64,000 nucleotides of DNA from Paramecium tetraurelia. Its lineage: Eukaryota. Positions 28,187 to 41,449 of this stretch are shown piece after piece (the stretch's first letter is position 1; every line of letters starts with the position of its first letter). The notes under the pieces were generated by a model. It was not told the DNA's origin. It saw nothing but the letters and a program-made list of their open reading frames with translations, and did not search any database. Both the position numbers and the translations under genes were made by a program. Location of the stretch: positions 1-64,000 of the forward strand of contig CT868049.1 of the NCBI GenBank assembly GCA_000165425.1, given 5' to 3'.

Positions 28187-29545
28187 TCATTCTTATTCAA
28201 TTTAATTAGGAGGAACAGTAAAATATTTAATCTTTCCCTAGTTCCAATCCTGTAACACAATTCTAGCTGCACATTCCAAATCTGGAATGCCCCCTTTCTA
28301 CAACTTTCCTCTAGCCAAAGCTACTTAACACAAAAACTCATTCACATTATTGAATGTTTGAATTTTATACAGTAAGAGCAACTCATTTTTAGAAACCTTC
28401 TTCAAGATCTCTCCAATTGGTTCTCTTGGATCCTCAATTTATTCAATCTTTGAATATTACAAATAGATGATACTTTTATGATATTCCTTAATAAAGTGCT
28501 CTCCTTGTTCTCAGAATCAAAAACCACTCCTGGACAATCAATAATCTTCACCTAACTGTCAATTACAACCTCTTAGAGACCCTTCGTGAATCCTGGAGTA
28601 GAAGAAACTGCACAAGCCTTACTTCTCTTGAGACTGTTAATGACTGAACTCTTTCCAACATTGGGATATCCAATAACACCAACAGTCACACTACTTTTAA
28701 CTCCGTCATTTTTTGAATAATTTTTTATTAATTCCAATAACTTGTCAGCTCCTATAGCTTTAGAAGATGAGGTCAAATCATCAGCCAAATCCTGTCTTTA
28801 AGATAAGGTTTTCTTGTAAATGGAGGCTGAAGACAAATTAGATTATTATTATTAGGTATTGGCTTTGAAGAGAACAGTTGCAAATTCTCTTCTCAAATGA
28901 GCCAACCATGCATCTGCATTACCTGGAGGAACTAAATCGATTTTGTTCAACACCAAAATTATCTTTTTATCTCCTGGCATACCAAGGATTTCTCTCTCCA
29001 AATGCTTGCATCTACATGCCAATGGATCTCTGGCATCCAAGATTATTAACAATATATCAGCAGCCTTAATTTAAAATGATTAAATTACTTCTGCCACTTT
29101 TTTCACTTAGGTAATATATTTCTTATGCTCCTTAGTTAGTTGAGTCAAATTCTCTTATTTGATTTATTCTTCTTCAACAACCACTTGAGCCTTTGTCTCA
29201 TATAGATTTGATTTGACTTCAGCCAAATTAAGATCGAGTTCCTCTTTTTATTATAATTTTTATATTTTTTTCTCCTGCTCCTCTTAATCCTTCTTCCTTT
29301 TTAAGGTTTCAATAACATTCTTCTTAAATGTGATACATATTGGGGATCCCTATTTCTTTGGACGAAGCTATGATGCTATTAAGATTGAAAATACTTTTCT
29401 TTATTTATCCCAAGGCACTCATCTTTCTGGCTTCCTTTTTGAGCTTTTTGTGATGCTATTTAACCTTCTTCTCTATTTTGTATTTCTTATTCAACGCCAA
29501 TCTCTTACTTGTACGACCCTTAGGTTTGTTTGTAAACTTAGCCAT
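28187..29545 (-). CDS. NUG1: Nucleostemin/Nug1-family circularly permuted GTPase (60S biogenesis); one apparent +1 frameshift at ~29331
   Basis: N-terminal SKRLALNKKYKIEKKVKQH; LDARDPL; LNKIDLVP; GYPNVGKSSVINSL; DCPG; GGIPDL...VLQDWNQGKIKYFTVPP. Short introns present. Confidence 0.92.
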
Positions 29546-29575
29546 TTATTAAAAATATTTTAATTTTATAATATC

Positions 29576-31470
29576 TCAAACACCTGTTGCATACATTTTC
29601 ACAATATCAAGTAATTCGTTTGGCACCTCACATTCGCTGCCTATAAACTAGGCTATATTAACCACACTCTATGTTATTTCAATAAAGTATTTACATGGAT
29701 GTCAATCAATTTGCTCAAATATAACAACAAATGGAAATCTGCAAATCTATTATGACTCGGTTTCTTTTAGTGTTTGTGTAAGAAGGTCTTTAGATCCTGC
29801 TATTTAGCAACTGCAGATCTATTCTCAACTGGGAAATCATACAACTTTAGTATACTATAATTTGAATTCGGGTTATATCCATGAGCAACCTTTAAATATT
29901 CAATTTAACTTTACATTCACTATAAAGAAGTCTGGCTCAAATTCTTTGACTGACTTTCCATTGTACACAAAAGATGGTAAGACATCTAATTCATTTTTTG
30001 CATCTCTAACTTATAATACCTTCCTTCTTCCTGAATTCTAAAATATTCCATCATTCTCTAATTGTTATCCCTAATCAGACACCATATAAACCTCTGGTAC
30101 CACTTCATCAGGGCTATCTTTCTTAGCTAAATACTCTTGCTAATACTCTTACTTCTTAGCACAACAGTTAAGAACTTGCTTACTAAACAACCTTCTGGGT
30201 GTTTAATAGAATAAATTTATTAGTATTATGCTGCCTATCTCAATTCTTCACTTGATAAAAAACAGTCATGATTCACATTTGTAAAAATCCAGCCTATCTT
30301 CTCCATTCCCAAACTAGTTGCTATTTCATCAGCATGACTTTAAGCAGGATCTTATAATAAATCAACATGACCAAATGTTCCTTTTTGAGGAGGTTCATAT
30401 ATGGCTTCAACGATAGCTCTAACACCATTCTGATAATTAGGGTCTGCAGCGTAATATCCATACAAGAATCCCATTCTTTATTCTGTCTTACCTTTACTTG
30501 TCCAATATTACACTAAATTCGACATTTCAGGTATGTTCAAGAATTCCACATAATCTACATGTCTGTAAACTTATCTTTTCAGTAAGATTGAGGGGGGAAG
30601 ACAATTATTGCACATAGCCTTAGGATATGGAGCATGATTTTTGCAATCTTTCTTTAATTTGTATGATATCTACCATCGATCTCAAATGATTACCATAGTT
30701 GGAGGAAGACAATTGTTGCATCTTCCATTATCTGGATGCTATCCACGACACTTGAATTTCATATCATGCAAAAATTAATCAAATGAAACGTGTTTTGCTT
30801 CTATTTATCCCTCATCAATACAGTGAGGACATTTTCCATTTGGCCCATGTTGACAAAGGATTTTGTTGACTGTTTTTGTATTCTGCTTTTCTTGTTCATA
30901 AGGAGCACAATTTAAACAACGGCCACCTTCTCCATGTTTACATTTGTTAACTTCTGTTTTCTCCTTTTATTCTACTTTGGTTGATGTTGAAGATAAACAA
31001 TTAATGCATTTTGCTTAAGGGCCATGCTGGCAAAATTAACTTAATGCACTATAATTATGACATCAATTCAATACTGGTCTTTATTTTCATGGATCTTATG
31101 ATTAACTTATTATATCTATTAATCATTGGCTAATTATCCATTTGCCATATACACTTTTGGTTGTTCTGGAGTTTAAATCTATTATGGTTTTTTGTAACCT
31201 TTTTTTTAGTCTACATTGACTTGAATGAAAATCCCATTCCTTATAATATCTCATTATTAATTACTGAAAATTGGGGATCATTTTAATTTACTAATTTGGA
31301 GATATTTTTGAAGAAATATTGACTCCCTCTAAACTTAATATCAATGCTTCAGGAGGTTTATTGATAATTTAACCAACCTTGTTTACAAATTCTTAAAATG
31401 ATTAATTAGAGAGAATAGAAACTCTGCTCATTCCTATTTCTGATCTTATCATTACTATGATTTCTGACAT
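29576..31470 (-). CDS. NPL4: Nuclear protein localization protein 4 (p97/Cdc48-Ufd1 cofactor)
   Basis: UBL-like start MSEIIVMIRSEIGMSRV; CHCC fingers; KHVSFD; LKRQVYRHVDYVEF; RMGFLYGYY; RAIVEAIYEPPQ; FADFHLL. Several introns of about 25 nt. Confidence 0.92.
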
Positions 31471-31533
31471 TTTGCACCTAATAATTATTATTGAAATTTC
31501 ATCTCACATCAGGATAATATTAATGAAAAATAC

Positions 31534-32205
31534 ATGGATTCTGATAAAGAATAACAAGAATAAGAAAAAGAAAACCTTATAGAAATAAAAGAGAACAACT
31601 CAAAAGTTCAATTTTTAAGTAAATTCAATAAAGAAGAAATAGATTTGCTTGAAACAAAGATCACTTTCAAAATTAATAAATTCTATTAATTGTTGTTCTA
31701 AATACTTTAGTAAGCTGTCTAAGGTATATGATAATCTATTTCATATTCACATTATTTTTTTATAATATAATTCATAGAAATGACTTGATATACATTCCCT
31801 TGTTTTCTAATGAAATTCTAATCTACTCTTTCTGATAATTCAAGGTAATCCCCTATCTTTTACATTAGGTCTATAATAAACTTTAAGAATAAACAATAAC
31901 TCAACATAATAGTATAAAATTCTCAAACTAAGTTCACTAATTTTACAGATACTATAGATAGATTGCTATCCAACTCAAATTTTATCTTTCAACATCATTT
32001 ATCCTACATATGACATCTTTCTTATTACTAAATTATTTGTTTTCAATGTAAACATAATGGGCTATTTTTTTACATAATTGAACTAATGAGAAAATAGTCT
32101 CATAGAAAAGTAAAGAAACATGTTTAAATCTGCAATTTCTAGGAATAAAATGTACACCCCTTTAATCTCATAAGTAACAATGATTCTCCTAATAGAGTCA
32201 TAGTG
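31534..32205 (+). pseudogene. Possible degenerate gene divergent from NPL4
   Basis: Open frame MDSDKEQQEQEKENLIE... to about 31723, then an atypically long intron-like segment and frames interrupted by TGA. Confidence 0.3.
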
Positions 32206-32265
32206 AATACTTACTTTATTTATTTGTATTTTAATTGATTTAATTCAAATAATATATATATATAA

Positions 32266-33188
32266 TCAAATAATAGAAAAATATATATCATTTATTGCTT
32301 CCTTGGCAGTAATTCGCCTGGTACTATCAATTTAAAGCATTTTTAATAATAAATCTTTAGCCTCCCTTCTGATATTGTAACTGGATAAGTGTTATTCTGC
32401 CTATGCATGAAATTATGGAAATCGAGCTGAATAATATGGCATAGATTTAAAGCCTTCCCATTCCAGAGGAGTACCCATAAATTAAAAGATTCTGAAGAGT
32501 TAATCAATTTCACTATTCCCTTTAAACAATGCATCTCCAACTAACATTTCATAGAAGATGCATCCTAATGAAAATATATCCAATGCTGGAGAATACTTAA
32601 AGTGGCCCAAAAGCAGTTCAGGAGCTCTATACCATAGTGTCTGTACTTCCTTGGTATGAGTTCTATTTATTGGATAACCTATAGGCTTCGCTAACCCGAA
32701 ATCTCCCAATTTGGCCACTCCATTTTGGACTAAAATATTAGCAGGTTTTAGATCTCTATGAAATATAAGTTAACTATGTAAAGCATAAAGACCTCTTAAA
32801 ATATGAAGGAGTAGCCTTTTTACGAGGTGCTCGTCCATTAAACCTTTTTCCGTCATTTTATGTTTATCAATCATTTTCCTAAGATCTGTATCAATAAACT
32901 CCATTATCAGATACTGCTTATAATCAGTCTCATCTAAAATCACTTCTTTCAATCTTATTTATTAAATAAGTCTTACTCAACAATATGGGGATGGTTCCTG
33001 AACTATAGCAAAACCGACATTTCTCGTAATGTAGTTGATTGTATTCCCTCCTTTTTTTCTTCTTCCGAATGAATTATCTCTTTGATTGCGACAACTTCTT
33101 AAGTTTTTTTATTTATTCCCTTGTAAACCTTTCCATATGTTCCTTATCCAAGGTTTTCACACTTTGAGTATTACTAAATTGAGTTCAT
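32266..33188 (-). CDS. Cyclin-dependent kinase (CDK1/2-like, QSTTLRE variant)
   Basis: [46 protein letters not shown]; one 23-nt intron near 32955-32977. Confidence 0.93.
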
Positions 33189-33985
33189 TAATTTAATTTC
33201 TTAAAATTTTTAGACTTCAATTTATAATATGTATTTAAATTTCTTAAATTTCTTAAAGTTTTTACTAACAAAATGAAATATTTAAACGATGATTATAATA
33301 AATCAATTTATTACGATGACATTTATATAATTTTTAATTATATTCTCCTATTTTATTCGCGGATATTTAAAGTTTGACATGAATAGGCAAATTTATAGAT
33401 TAACTTTACAAATTTGGTATTATTGAATATAACTATAGTGATTAAAAATATTCTAAAAGGTCCTATGAATGCTTATCATCTATTCAATTTCTAGAAGAAA
33501 AGTAAATAAGTTGAAGAGAAAATAAGTGATAAAAAATAATAATAATAGACTTTTAGTGAATTAAAAATTGATTTATAATGTTGACTACGTTTAGGATTTT
33601 TTTTCTTGGAAATTGAAGAGATTTACTTAAGTTGAGATCTTTTATTTCATTTAAAGTGGATGACAATTAATTAAAAATTATTGGAGCCTAAAGAGAAGCA
33701 ATTACAGATAGGGTTCAGTCTAAATTTAAATAATATTATTTTTTCAATACTCTTCATTTATTCAGACCAACTATTTCTTCTTTGTATTCTGATATACAGT
33801 TCTATAATTAGACTTTAATATTAGTAATTTTATCATAATTTCATATTTAGCGATTCTTTAGAGAATATTATATTAATTGACAAAAATGATTATAATGATG
33901 CAATTGATCATTTAAATCAAATTGGTGCTTCAAAAAGTTACAAAAATGTAAAAATGAATAAACTATTATTAATATTATTGTCATA

Positions 33986-35712
33986 TCACTACTAATTAAA
34001 ATTTCTTCTTTTGTTAAATTATTATATTGGATTCTCTTATAATAAATCTAACTCTTTCTTGCTTGTAAATCCATTGTGTTAAGGTTATCTTAAATAACCT
34101 AAATTTAAAAAAGGTGTAGTAGATATCTACTAGGAAAACGTCTAAGATGGTTGAGGAGGAGGCATTTATTCATCATTCTACTAAATAAACTGTTCGTTAT
34201 TCCAAAATGGAGATTGTAACATTGAAGGTAATAAAAAAGGCGATGTAGAACTCATTTTATACATATTATTTAATTTTGGTAATTGCAAGGAAGAGTTTTG
34301 ATGACATTCTCCTTCCTCAACTATACCTGGGGATAATTGTTTTAAGAATTGATTCTCAAGAAATTGATATCCAGGAGAAGTTAAACATTATAGCATCATC
34401 AAAGGTGTTGTATTTTTTATATCTTCTTAAAGAAAATTTGATTGTAAATTTAAGGCTATCTTCATCTCTTCATTGTTAAAATTCATTTATTGTTGTAATT
34501 ATTGCAATTGCATTTATTGATGAAATTATAATTATTATAATTATTATTATTAAGTCTGCTGTTATTATTGTTAAAATTATTATTACTAGGCTTATTGTTA
34601 TTATTATTATTATTATTGTGTTTATTATTATTATTATTATTGTGTTTATTAAATAATTGGTTAAACTTGTTATACAAATGATTAGTGTGATATTTATTCT
34701 TCCTGTTTAATTATCTTTGGAAAATTTCTTTACTTTCTTTATTCCACACTTTACTCTTTATTTCTTAATCCTTTTTTATGCCTGCCTCTTTTTCCTATAA
34801 TTCCTTATTTATTGGAATCGACATGAGCTTAACTAAATTTACTCATTTAAAAAATACTTTTTCCTTATATATTGCTTAACCATATCAATTTCATCGCATT
34901 CATCATCTTTGCAGATTTTATGAATTAAAGATTTGTAACTTGATATAAGTATATGAAATACCGGTTTTTTACTTAGTTTTCTGTTCTTCCATTTAACTAT
35001 TGTGAAATTTAGGACCATTTCTTTCCATTTTTGACAACGTTATTGAGGATAATCAAATCCTCTTTAAGCATCCATTGATCTCTAAGAGTATACAATGAGA
35101 ACTATACTTATTCAATTCTGGATTAAGATAGTTCATCCATCTCTCTCTAATTTATTTAGGAGTACGAATGTTTCCTTGAAGATTTCTTTCATACAATGAA
35201 ACTGCTATCTAAGTCCATATATGTTTATGCTTTTAACTAAGTTTAGATGGATTAGAGTACTTCATTTGGGCTGTAATGAATTCGTCCTCCTCTTAAAGCC
35301 AATTAATTGATTTCATTTATGGATTTATGAGGGTGATCCATCGTTGCTTCAATGAATGCTTGTCAATTTTAAGGATGTTTTCAAAATTTACCCAGTCATT
35401 CTCATCCTATGATGTATTTTCTCAAGATACCGGATGAATAATAAGTAGGTTTTTTTTCTCAAAGTATTTAACCAGAAACCAAACCATAAACAATTTAAAT
35501 GAGTTGTCCCACTTTCTTTTGCATCTTAATTTTTCATCTTCTAAAAAACTACAGATAAGCTATATTCTAAACCTCTTACAGATTTGATCAAACTTTTTAT
35601 TAGATGGATAAGTGAACTCCCCTCTTAGCTTAAATTATTTTCGATACTCATCTGGTATGGGAGTATTTAACCTCTCTCCCAAACTAATTATAAAAGCCTA
35701 AAATTCGTTCAT
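33986..35712 (-). CDS. Myb-domain transcription factor (3 repeats) with poly-Gln tail
   Basis: LKQRWITLINP..WLQEEDE; PKQIRERWMNYLNP; WMLKEDLII...GKKWSQISQQLNGRTENQVKNR; several short introns. Confidence 0.88.
34483..34690 (-). repeat. TAA/CAA trinucleotide tract encoding poly-Gln within the Myb gene
   Basis: (tta)n/(ttg) runs on the + strand are in frame as TAA/CAA = Gln. The Asn-rich ORF in the supplied track is the same tract read off-frame. Confidence 0.85.
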
Positions 35713-36822
35713 ACAATTATATTTATATATTTTATTATTGTTTGATATAATAATTATTTTTGTACTAATTCTCTACAGACCTAATAATACAATTACAATA
35801 GTAAATAGATGTAAATGTCAATTAGAATATGATAATTAAATATTCTAAAATAGTAATGACTTGTATTTTTACAATTACAGATAGCTGATTTAATTAACAT
35901 ATGAAAATAATGACAATTTTAAATACAAATGAATTGTTCACTTTTTTGGAAAAGATAGACAACAAATCAATTCATTTTAAACAAATCAAATTTTGATTAC
36001 CAAAAAAATGAAGAAATACTTAACTACCACTTGCTACTTCTTAGAAGCAGGAATCATCAATATATAATGAGATATGTAAGTATAGAAATGTCTAACATTG
36101 ATTGTAAGTCTAAATTGGAGGACTTGAGAATTTGAAAGACAGTATTTATAAAAATACTGAAGCAAGTTCTTGTTGTCAATAAATATCATTTAGAGAAATT
36201 TTATAATTTCTCATTATTGTTCATAATCATCAGTAAAAATGAGTAACTGCAGTTAAATAAATGTAAATGTCATAATAAAAAAAGAAGAAGTATTAACATA
36301 TTATAATACTATAATATATATTAATATAATATAAATAGACAGAATGATCTAGGAGTTACTCTCTAAAAGAAGAATTAAATTCGCTACTTATAATATAGAG
36401 AGAGAATCATATTGAGATTCTTAATTCTAATATTGAAATACAATAACTAATCGTTCATTCATGGTATTAAGTTATTCAGATTAAATCAATAAGACATTTG
36501 AATTGGATTTCACAAATTTTGTTATTATTTCTACTTATATCTATGGATATCATTTAAATTTTTAGCACTTAGAGTCAATGAAATTAAAATTTCAATGTCA
36601 GGAAGGTTGGAATCAATTTCATAATTTTGCAAACACAAGAAGTCATGTTTACTTATGGGAAGCAGTAATTCTTAATGATTAGAATAAGGGAATGTGGTTT
36701 GGTTTATATTCTATAAAATTTTTTAACATTATATAAAATAACTTAGTGAGTTTTTTCATGTACTCATTCATATTAAACTGATTAGTGAGAAGTTGATTTA
36801 TTTCAATAAATTAAATAATAAT

Positions 36823-37410
36823 ATGATCAATAGACCTCCAGTACCAAAATTTAGTGATGGATGCTCTACTCCAAAGAGATCTTCTGACTTATTAGAGGAA
36901 GTTTCACACTTGGTGTTCAAGATGAATCTTGATGATGCAATTGAAAAAAAAGCAATTGCAATTCTAAGTGACTTAACTCTACCAAACACTTCTTTTCATG
37001 CTTAGGCAATAGTTCATTGTGCCATGAGGGAGCTCAATTATCCTTTGCCTAAAGCTGATGCTAAAGTAGAATACCTTTCAAAATGTATTTAAAACCAATA
37101 TTCCTCTTTGATATCTACCTTATGCTAAAAACTCAAATTAAACTCTAAATCAACTAAAGTTTGCCACGTTCTCCATTAGTAGATATCACCCCTCATTAAT
37201 AAGTTACCTCAACCACTTCAAAATGCAATTTCAGTAAAAATTGCCACTGATATTATTTATTTGAAATAAGGTGGTGTAAATGCTAAGATAATTGCTCAAA
37301 TAGCAAATATCAAGGCAGATTAGTTGTAACTAAGCTTAAACAGAATCAAACCATTTGCTTGCAAAATTATATAAGACCTATTCAGCTACTTCAATAATAA
37401 TTTTAAATGA
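36823..37410 (+). CDS. Cyclin-fold protein (195 aa) resembling the TFIIB core repeats, without a Zn ribbon
   Basis: Intronless ORF. VSHLVFKMNLDDAIEKKAIAIL and ISTLCQKLKLNSK...KIIAQIANIKADQLQLSLNRI follow the helix pattern of TFIIB repeats 1 and 2. Confidence 0.6.
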
Positions 37411-38005
37411 CTTTTATTTTATGTGTATTACTTTATTAGTTTAATAAAATGTTAAATTTCATTTAATTATACATTTATAGATTCATAATATTATTCAATA
37501 ATTTGCTTAAAATTAGGTGCTTCATGAATATCGTTTTAATATCAATCGTTTATAATTTAATTAAATTAAAATTTTTAATAATTTATAATTTTCACTAATT
37601 AATAATATAATATAATATTTTAATAGAAATTCTTTTCCAATTATTATAGTTTGAAATTTTTAATAATTGAAAAATTAGATTATTCCAACTCTCAAAGAAT
37701 GCTTACATTTTCTCTTGTGATTCTAAACAAATCCAATCTGGTGGCTTATAGTAATTTAAAGTTTAATGTTATCTAACTTTATAAGGGATTAGTCGTCTCA
37801 GAAATTTTCAATTTACAAAAAGATCATTTTATGAATTGAATCCTTTTTGGTGAAAAATTAATAAACTATCTTAAACTTACGATAAATTTTTAAATAAATA
37901 CAATTACTGATCGCAAGTTGCAAGTTGCAAGCAAATTATTTACAAATATAATAATAATAAGATATAAATGGATATTTATCAATATTATCTTCGACTTTTG
38001 TGTCA

Positions 38006-39331
38006 TCAATAATACCCATAGTGATATTAGTGATATGGCATTTACTATTATACTTAATTATAATTGGGGTAGGACAGGTATTGTTGATTTTATTGTTGAT
38101 AATTGGGATAATAATTTGGATAAATATTATTATAAAAATACTAGTTAGATGACATTGGCACTTATGAATACTACTGTTGTTAAGGAGAGGAGAAAAATAT
38201 GTTTTATTACATAGACGTCTACTTCATTTACTATTGCATTTCTTTACATTATATCAATTTCTCTTGTAATAAGATATCTTATATAAACATCAATAGTACT
38301 TGTAGCAGTAATGCCAGATTCTTGAGCGACAGGGTCGGCACAGATTTTCTTTTACATAAATGACTCTGTAAGCTATTGGAGTTGTGGGGATTCTACATTT
38401 TTCGACGCTTCTTTTTTAGCCAAGAAATCTGACATAAACTAAGTTACAGTCAAGCTTAACTTTTGATCTGGATTTTCAATTATTGCTTTGATCAACAATC
38501 TTTCTTCACTTTCTTAAACCTACTGATTTGATATAATTTTTTACATTAAATCTTTTTAAATTTCTTATTATTCCATTATACTAGTTTTTAATCTAATTTT
38601 CACTCCTTCCATTTAATTCATCTTAGATTTTGGACCATTTTTTGCCATATTTCAAAATCAATTATAGTAAGTTGATTTTTTCCTCTTTGCTCCAAGTTGA
38701 CCTAGAGATGCTGGGATTCAACACATTGTTCCATCTTTCCCGTATTTACTTAGGATATCTCTAAGTTGAAGATATTGAATTGAATTTGATTGTTAATTCG
38801 GTCCAATTATTTTTATAATAATGGTCACTTGATTATAAATTAAAAGGATACTTGGCTATGTTAATCAGTATTTGATCTTCTTCCTTTGTCCAAGGGGAGA
38901 TTTTTAAGTTAGAATGGAGAAGCGAAATCCACTTCAATTCCACTAGATTTTTATCAACACGGAGAACTTTAGACACAAACTCCCAATCATCGTCATTCTT
39001 ATATAATATACATATGAATTACAGGGATGAGTTCCTAGCGATTCTATGACATCATGTGCTTAGCCATGCACCAAATGAGTAGATTTTTATCTTATTGATG
39101 CCACTTTTTCCTGTTTACATCACTTGTAGATCTAAATATAGTATTGATAACATGTTACTTTGAAAAGACTTCTTCGTAATACTCTATCATTTGTTAATCC
39201 GTTGGAAAGTGGTTGACACGTACTTTTACATATTAAGTTACTGTTTCTACATCAATTGGGTCGATGGTTTGAATCTGTTGTAAGAATTCGATCCACTCTT
39301 TTGGGAGATGAGCTTGTGTTTATTAAATCAT
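38006..39331 (-). CDS. Myb-domain transcription factor (3 repeats) with Q/Y/P-rich tail
   Basis: KKWHQQDKNLLIW; ELKWISLLH..PWTKEEDQIL; NWTEL...YPKQIRERWNNVLNP; five short introns. Confidence 0.88.
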
Positions 39332-39379
39332 AAATTAAATATAATCAAGATCTGTTTAGATTAATCGGTTTATAAATTA

Positions 39380-40067
39380 TTGGTCAAAGTTCAATAAGAT
39401 AATATAAATCATATTAATTGATTTTATGTATGTATTAACAATGTTCTATTTTTATCTTCATATGTTAAGATTTTTTCTATTTTGTCGAATGTCCTAATAA
39501 TATTGATTATATATACAAAAAAGAGAACTCTGTAAATTAAAACATAGTATAAAATATTCTTTAGTAGAGATTACAATTTTAAAAGTTGATGTTTTTTACA
39601 GATAAGATTCTTGAAAGTGAATTTGAACAACATCCTACTTAGATGCCATTGAAATATCTTTTAAGAAAAAGGAATCTCTAACTCTATAACATCAAATATA
39701 AACATACTATTCTTCACCAGCTTACTTTATATTCGTTTATGATTTGAATACTCTTGTATCATATTGATTGTCACCTCTGTCTCCCGAAACTATATGTGAG
39801 TCTAGTCTGATGGCTTGCAATTAAACTTTTGAATTGTCGAAAATTTATTAATTTTAAGACTTTTTTCTCTATTAGTTGACGACAATGTACTAGAGAAAAA
39901 GAATTTGATTATAGTTTGCGAATGAATACTCCCCTTCTAATATGTCTAGGTGTTACTAAGACCTATTTTAGGAAATCTATTTATAGTACAGGTGATTCTT
40001 GAATTATTGTATTGTTTCAATTAAGTCTTGACTAGTTTTATTAGATGAAACTAGAACTTTGTTCATG
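39380..40067 (-). pseudogene. Possible frameshifted gene relic
   Basis: ATG (MNKVLVSSNKTSQDLIETIQQFKNHL) and a canonical-looking 26-nt intron, followed by frames that shift or stop. Confidence 0.25.
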
Positions 40068-40314
40068 CGGATAGATATTAAATACAAATAAGTAGTTTGA
40101 GAAAGGTTATAAATTATCATTTTAAAATCAAAATAAAGAAAAAGTTTATATAATCAGATTAAAATAGGATTTAAATTAATATTACTTTAAAGATGTTATT
40201 TAGTGCGAATTTAAAATATATTAGAAAAAATTAAATTGGGTATTCATATTACAAAATACATTTATTAATTCGATTAATTAAAATAATTATGATAAATATT
40301 AAAACATTAAAAAT

Positions 40315-41394
40315 TCATAGTTGGTATTTTTATCTTGAATTTCTTTTTTGATTATTGCCTGAAGATTGTTATTTAGAGAAAAATAGTTATTTTTCTGCTT
40401 TCTATTATTATTAATTTTACACCTAATTTGAAGGCTGTGGTTAACTTGATTTACTCTTTTTTGGGACTGTAGTAATGTTTTTTTCAAGACTTTAAGCAAT
40501 TTATTCTAAGGATTACTCATTAAAACATATTTCAATTTCACTGTTTTTCAAAGTTTATTATTGTGGTTGATTACTTAAGTCTTGTGAGAATAGTTTGTTT
40601 TTAATTTCATCATTATAGGCTTATAAGTCTTCACCTAAGGCTTCTTAGATATTAACTTTGATTTTATGTAAATCTTGTTATTATTAAGTTTTTGATTATT
40701 CATCACAATTATTTTAGTCATTTTATATTATGATTTTTTTGCTGTCAAACTACAATTATTATTCTAAATTATTGATTTCCTCGATTTTATCAGCATTTGC
40801 TATTTACTTTTTGATGTTTTATTAGGAATCCATCATCAAAATATCGCCTACTTACATTTGTAAATTTACTTTAAGAGCTTTTATTGACATCCTTCTTGCC
40901 AATATTATCTGACTCTATTTCAAGTTGAGCATCATCAAAAGGTTTGATAGTGATCTCATCATCATTCATCAAATTCTATTTTAGATATAAATTAACAAAC
41001 TTTTTTCCACTCCTCTTCGTCTGCTATGTCATCAATATCGATAGGTTTAGTAGTTCTCCTTTTCTTCTTTGGTTCTGCCTTTGCTTATATTTACAGTTGC
41101 TTATTGACCTTTAAAATTTCTTTTTCAATAAACTAAAACTTCTTTTCAAGTTCTTCTTTATAATTTGTTAATTCTTCCACCTCTCGAAATCATTAATAAT
41201 TCCTTATACCTCCTAATCTTTGATGATGTATATAGGTTTCCTCTTGTTTTTGACATCCCTCAACTCTGCTATCTATTTGGCTAACTAATCATTTATTTAT
41301 CCCAGCTCCTCTAATTTTTATTTCTAAACTCACTAATACGATTTACATAACTCTTCAATCTTTCCTACTGTTATTTCGAAGCACCGCATCCCAT
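40315..41394 (-). CDS. Hypothetical N-myristoylated/palmitoylated coiled-coil protein (MGCGAS)
   Basis: MGCGASKQQQERLKSY, 23-nt intron, coiled-coil, acidic segment, Q/K-rich tail ending in TGA. Confidence 0.75.
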
Positions 41395-41449
41395 TTCTTA
41401 AATTAAATTAATATCATATTAAATGAGAAATTATAAATATAATTATTCA

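Noticed and set aside
31724..31777. 54-nt intron-like segment as a possible retained IES
   Set aside because: No convincing TA-bounded inverted ends, and the surrounding gene is itself degenerate.
34483..34677. Asn-rich 64-aa ORF
   Set aside because: Off-frame reading of the TAA/CAA poly-Gln tract of the Myb gene.
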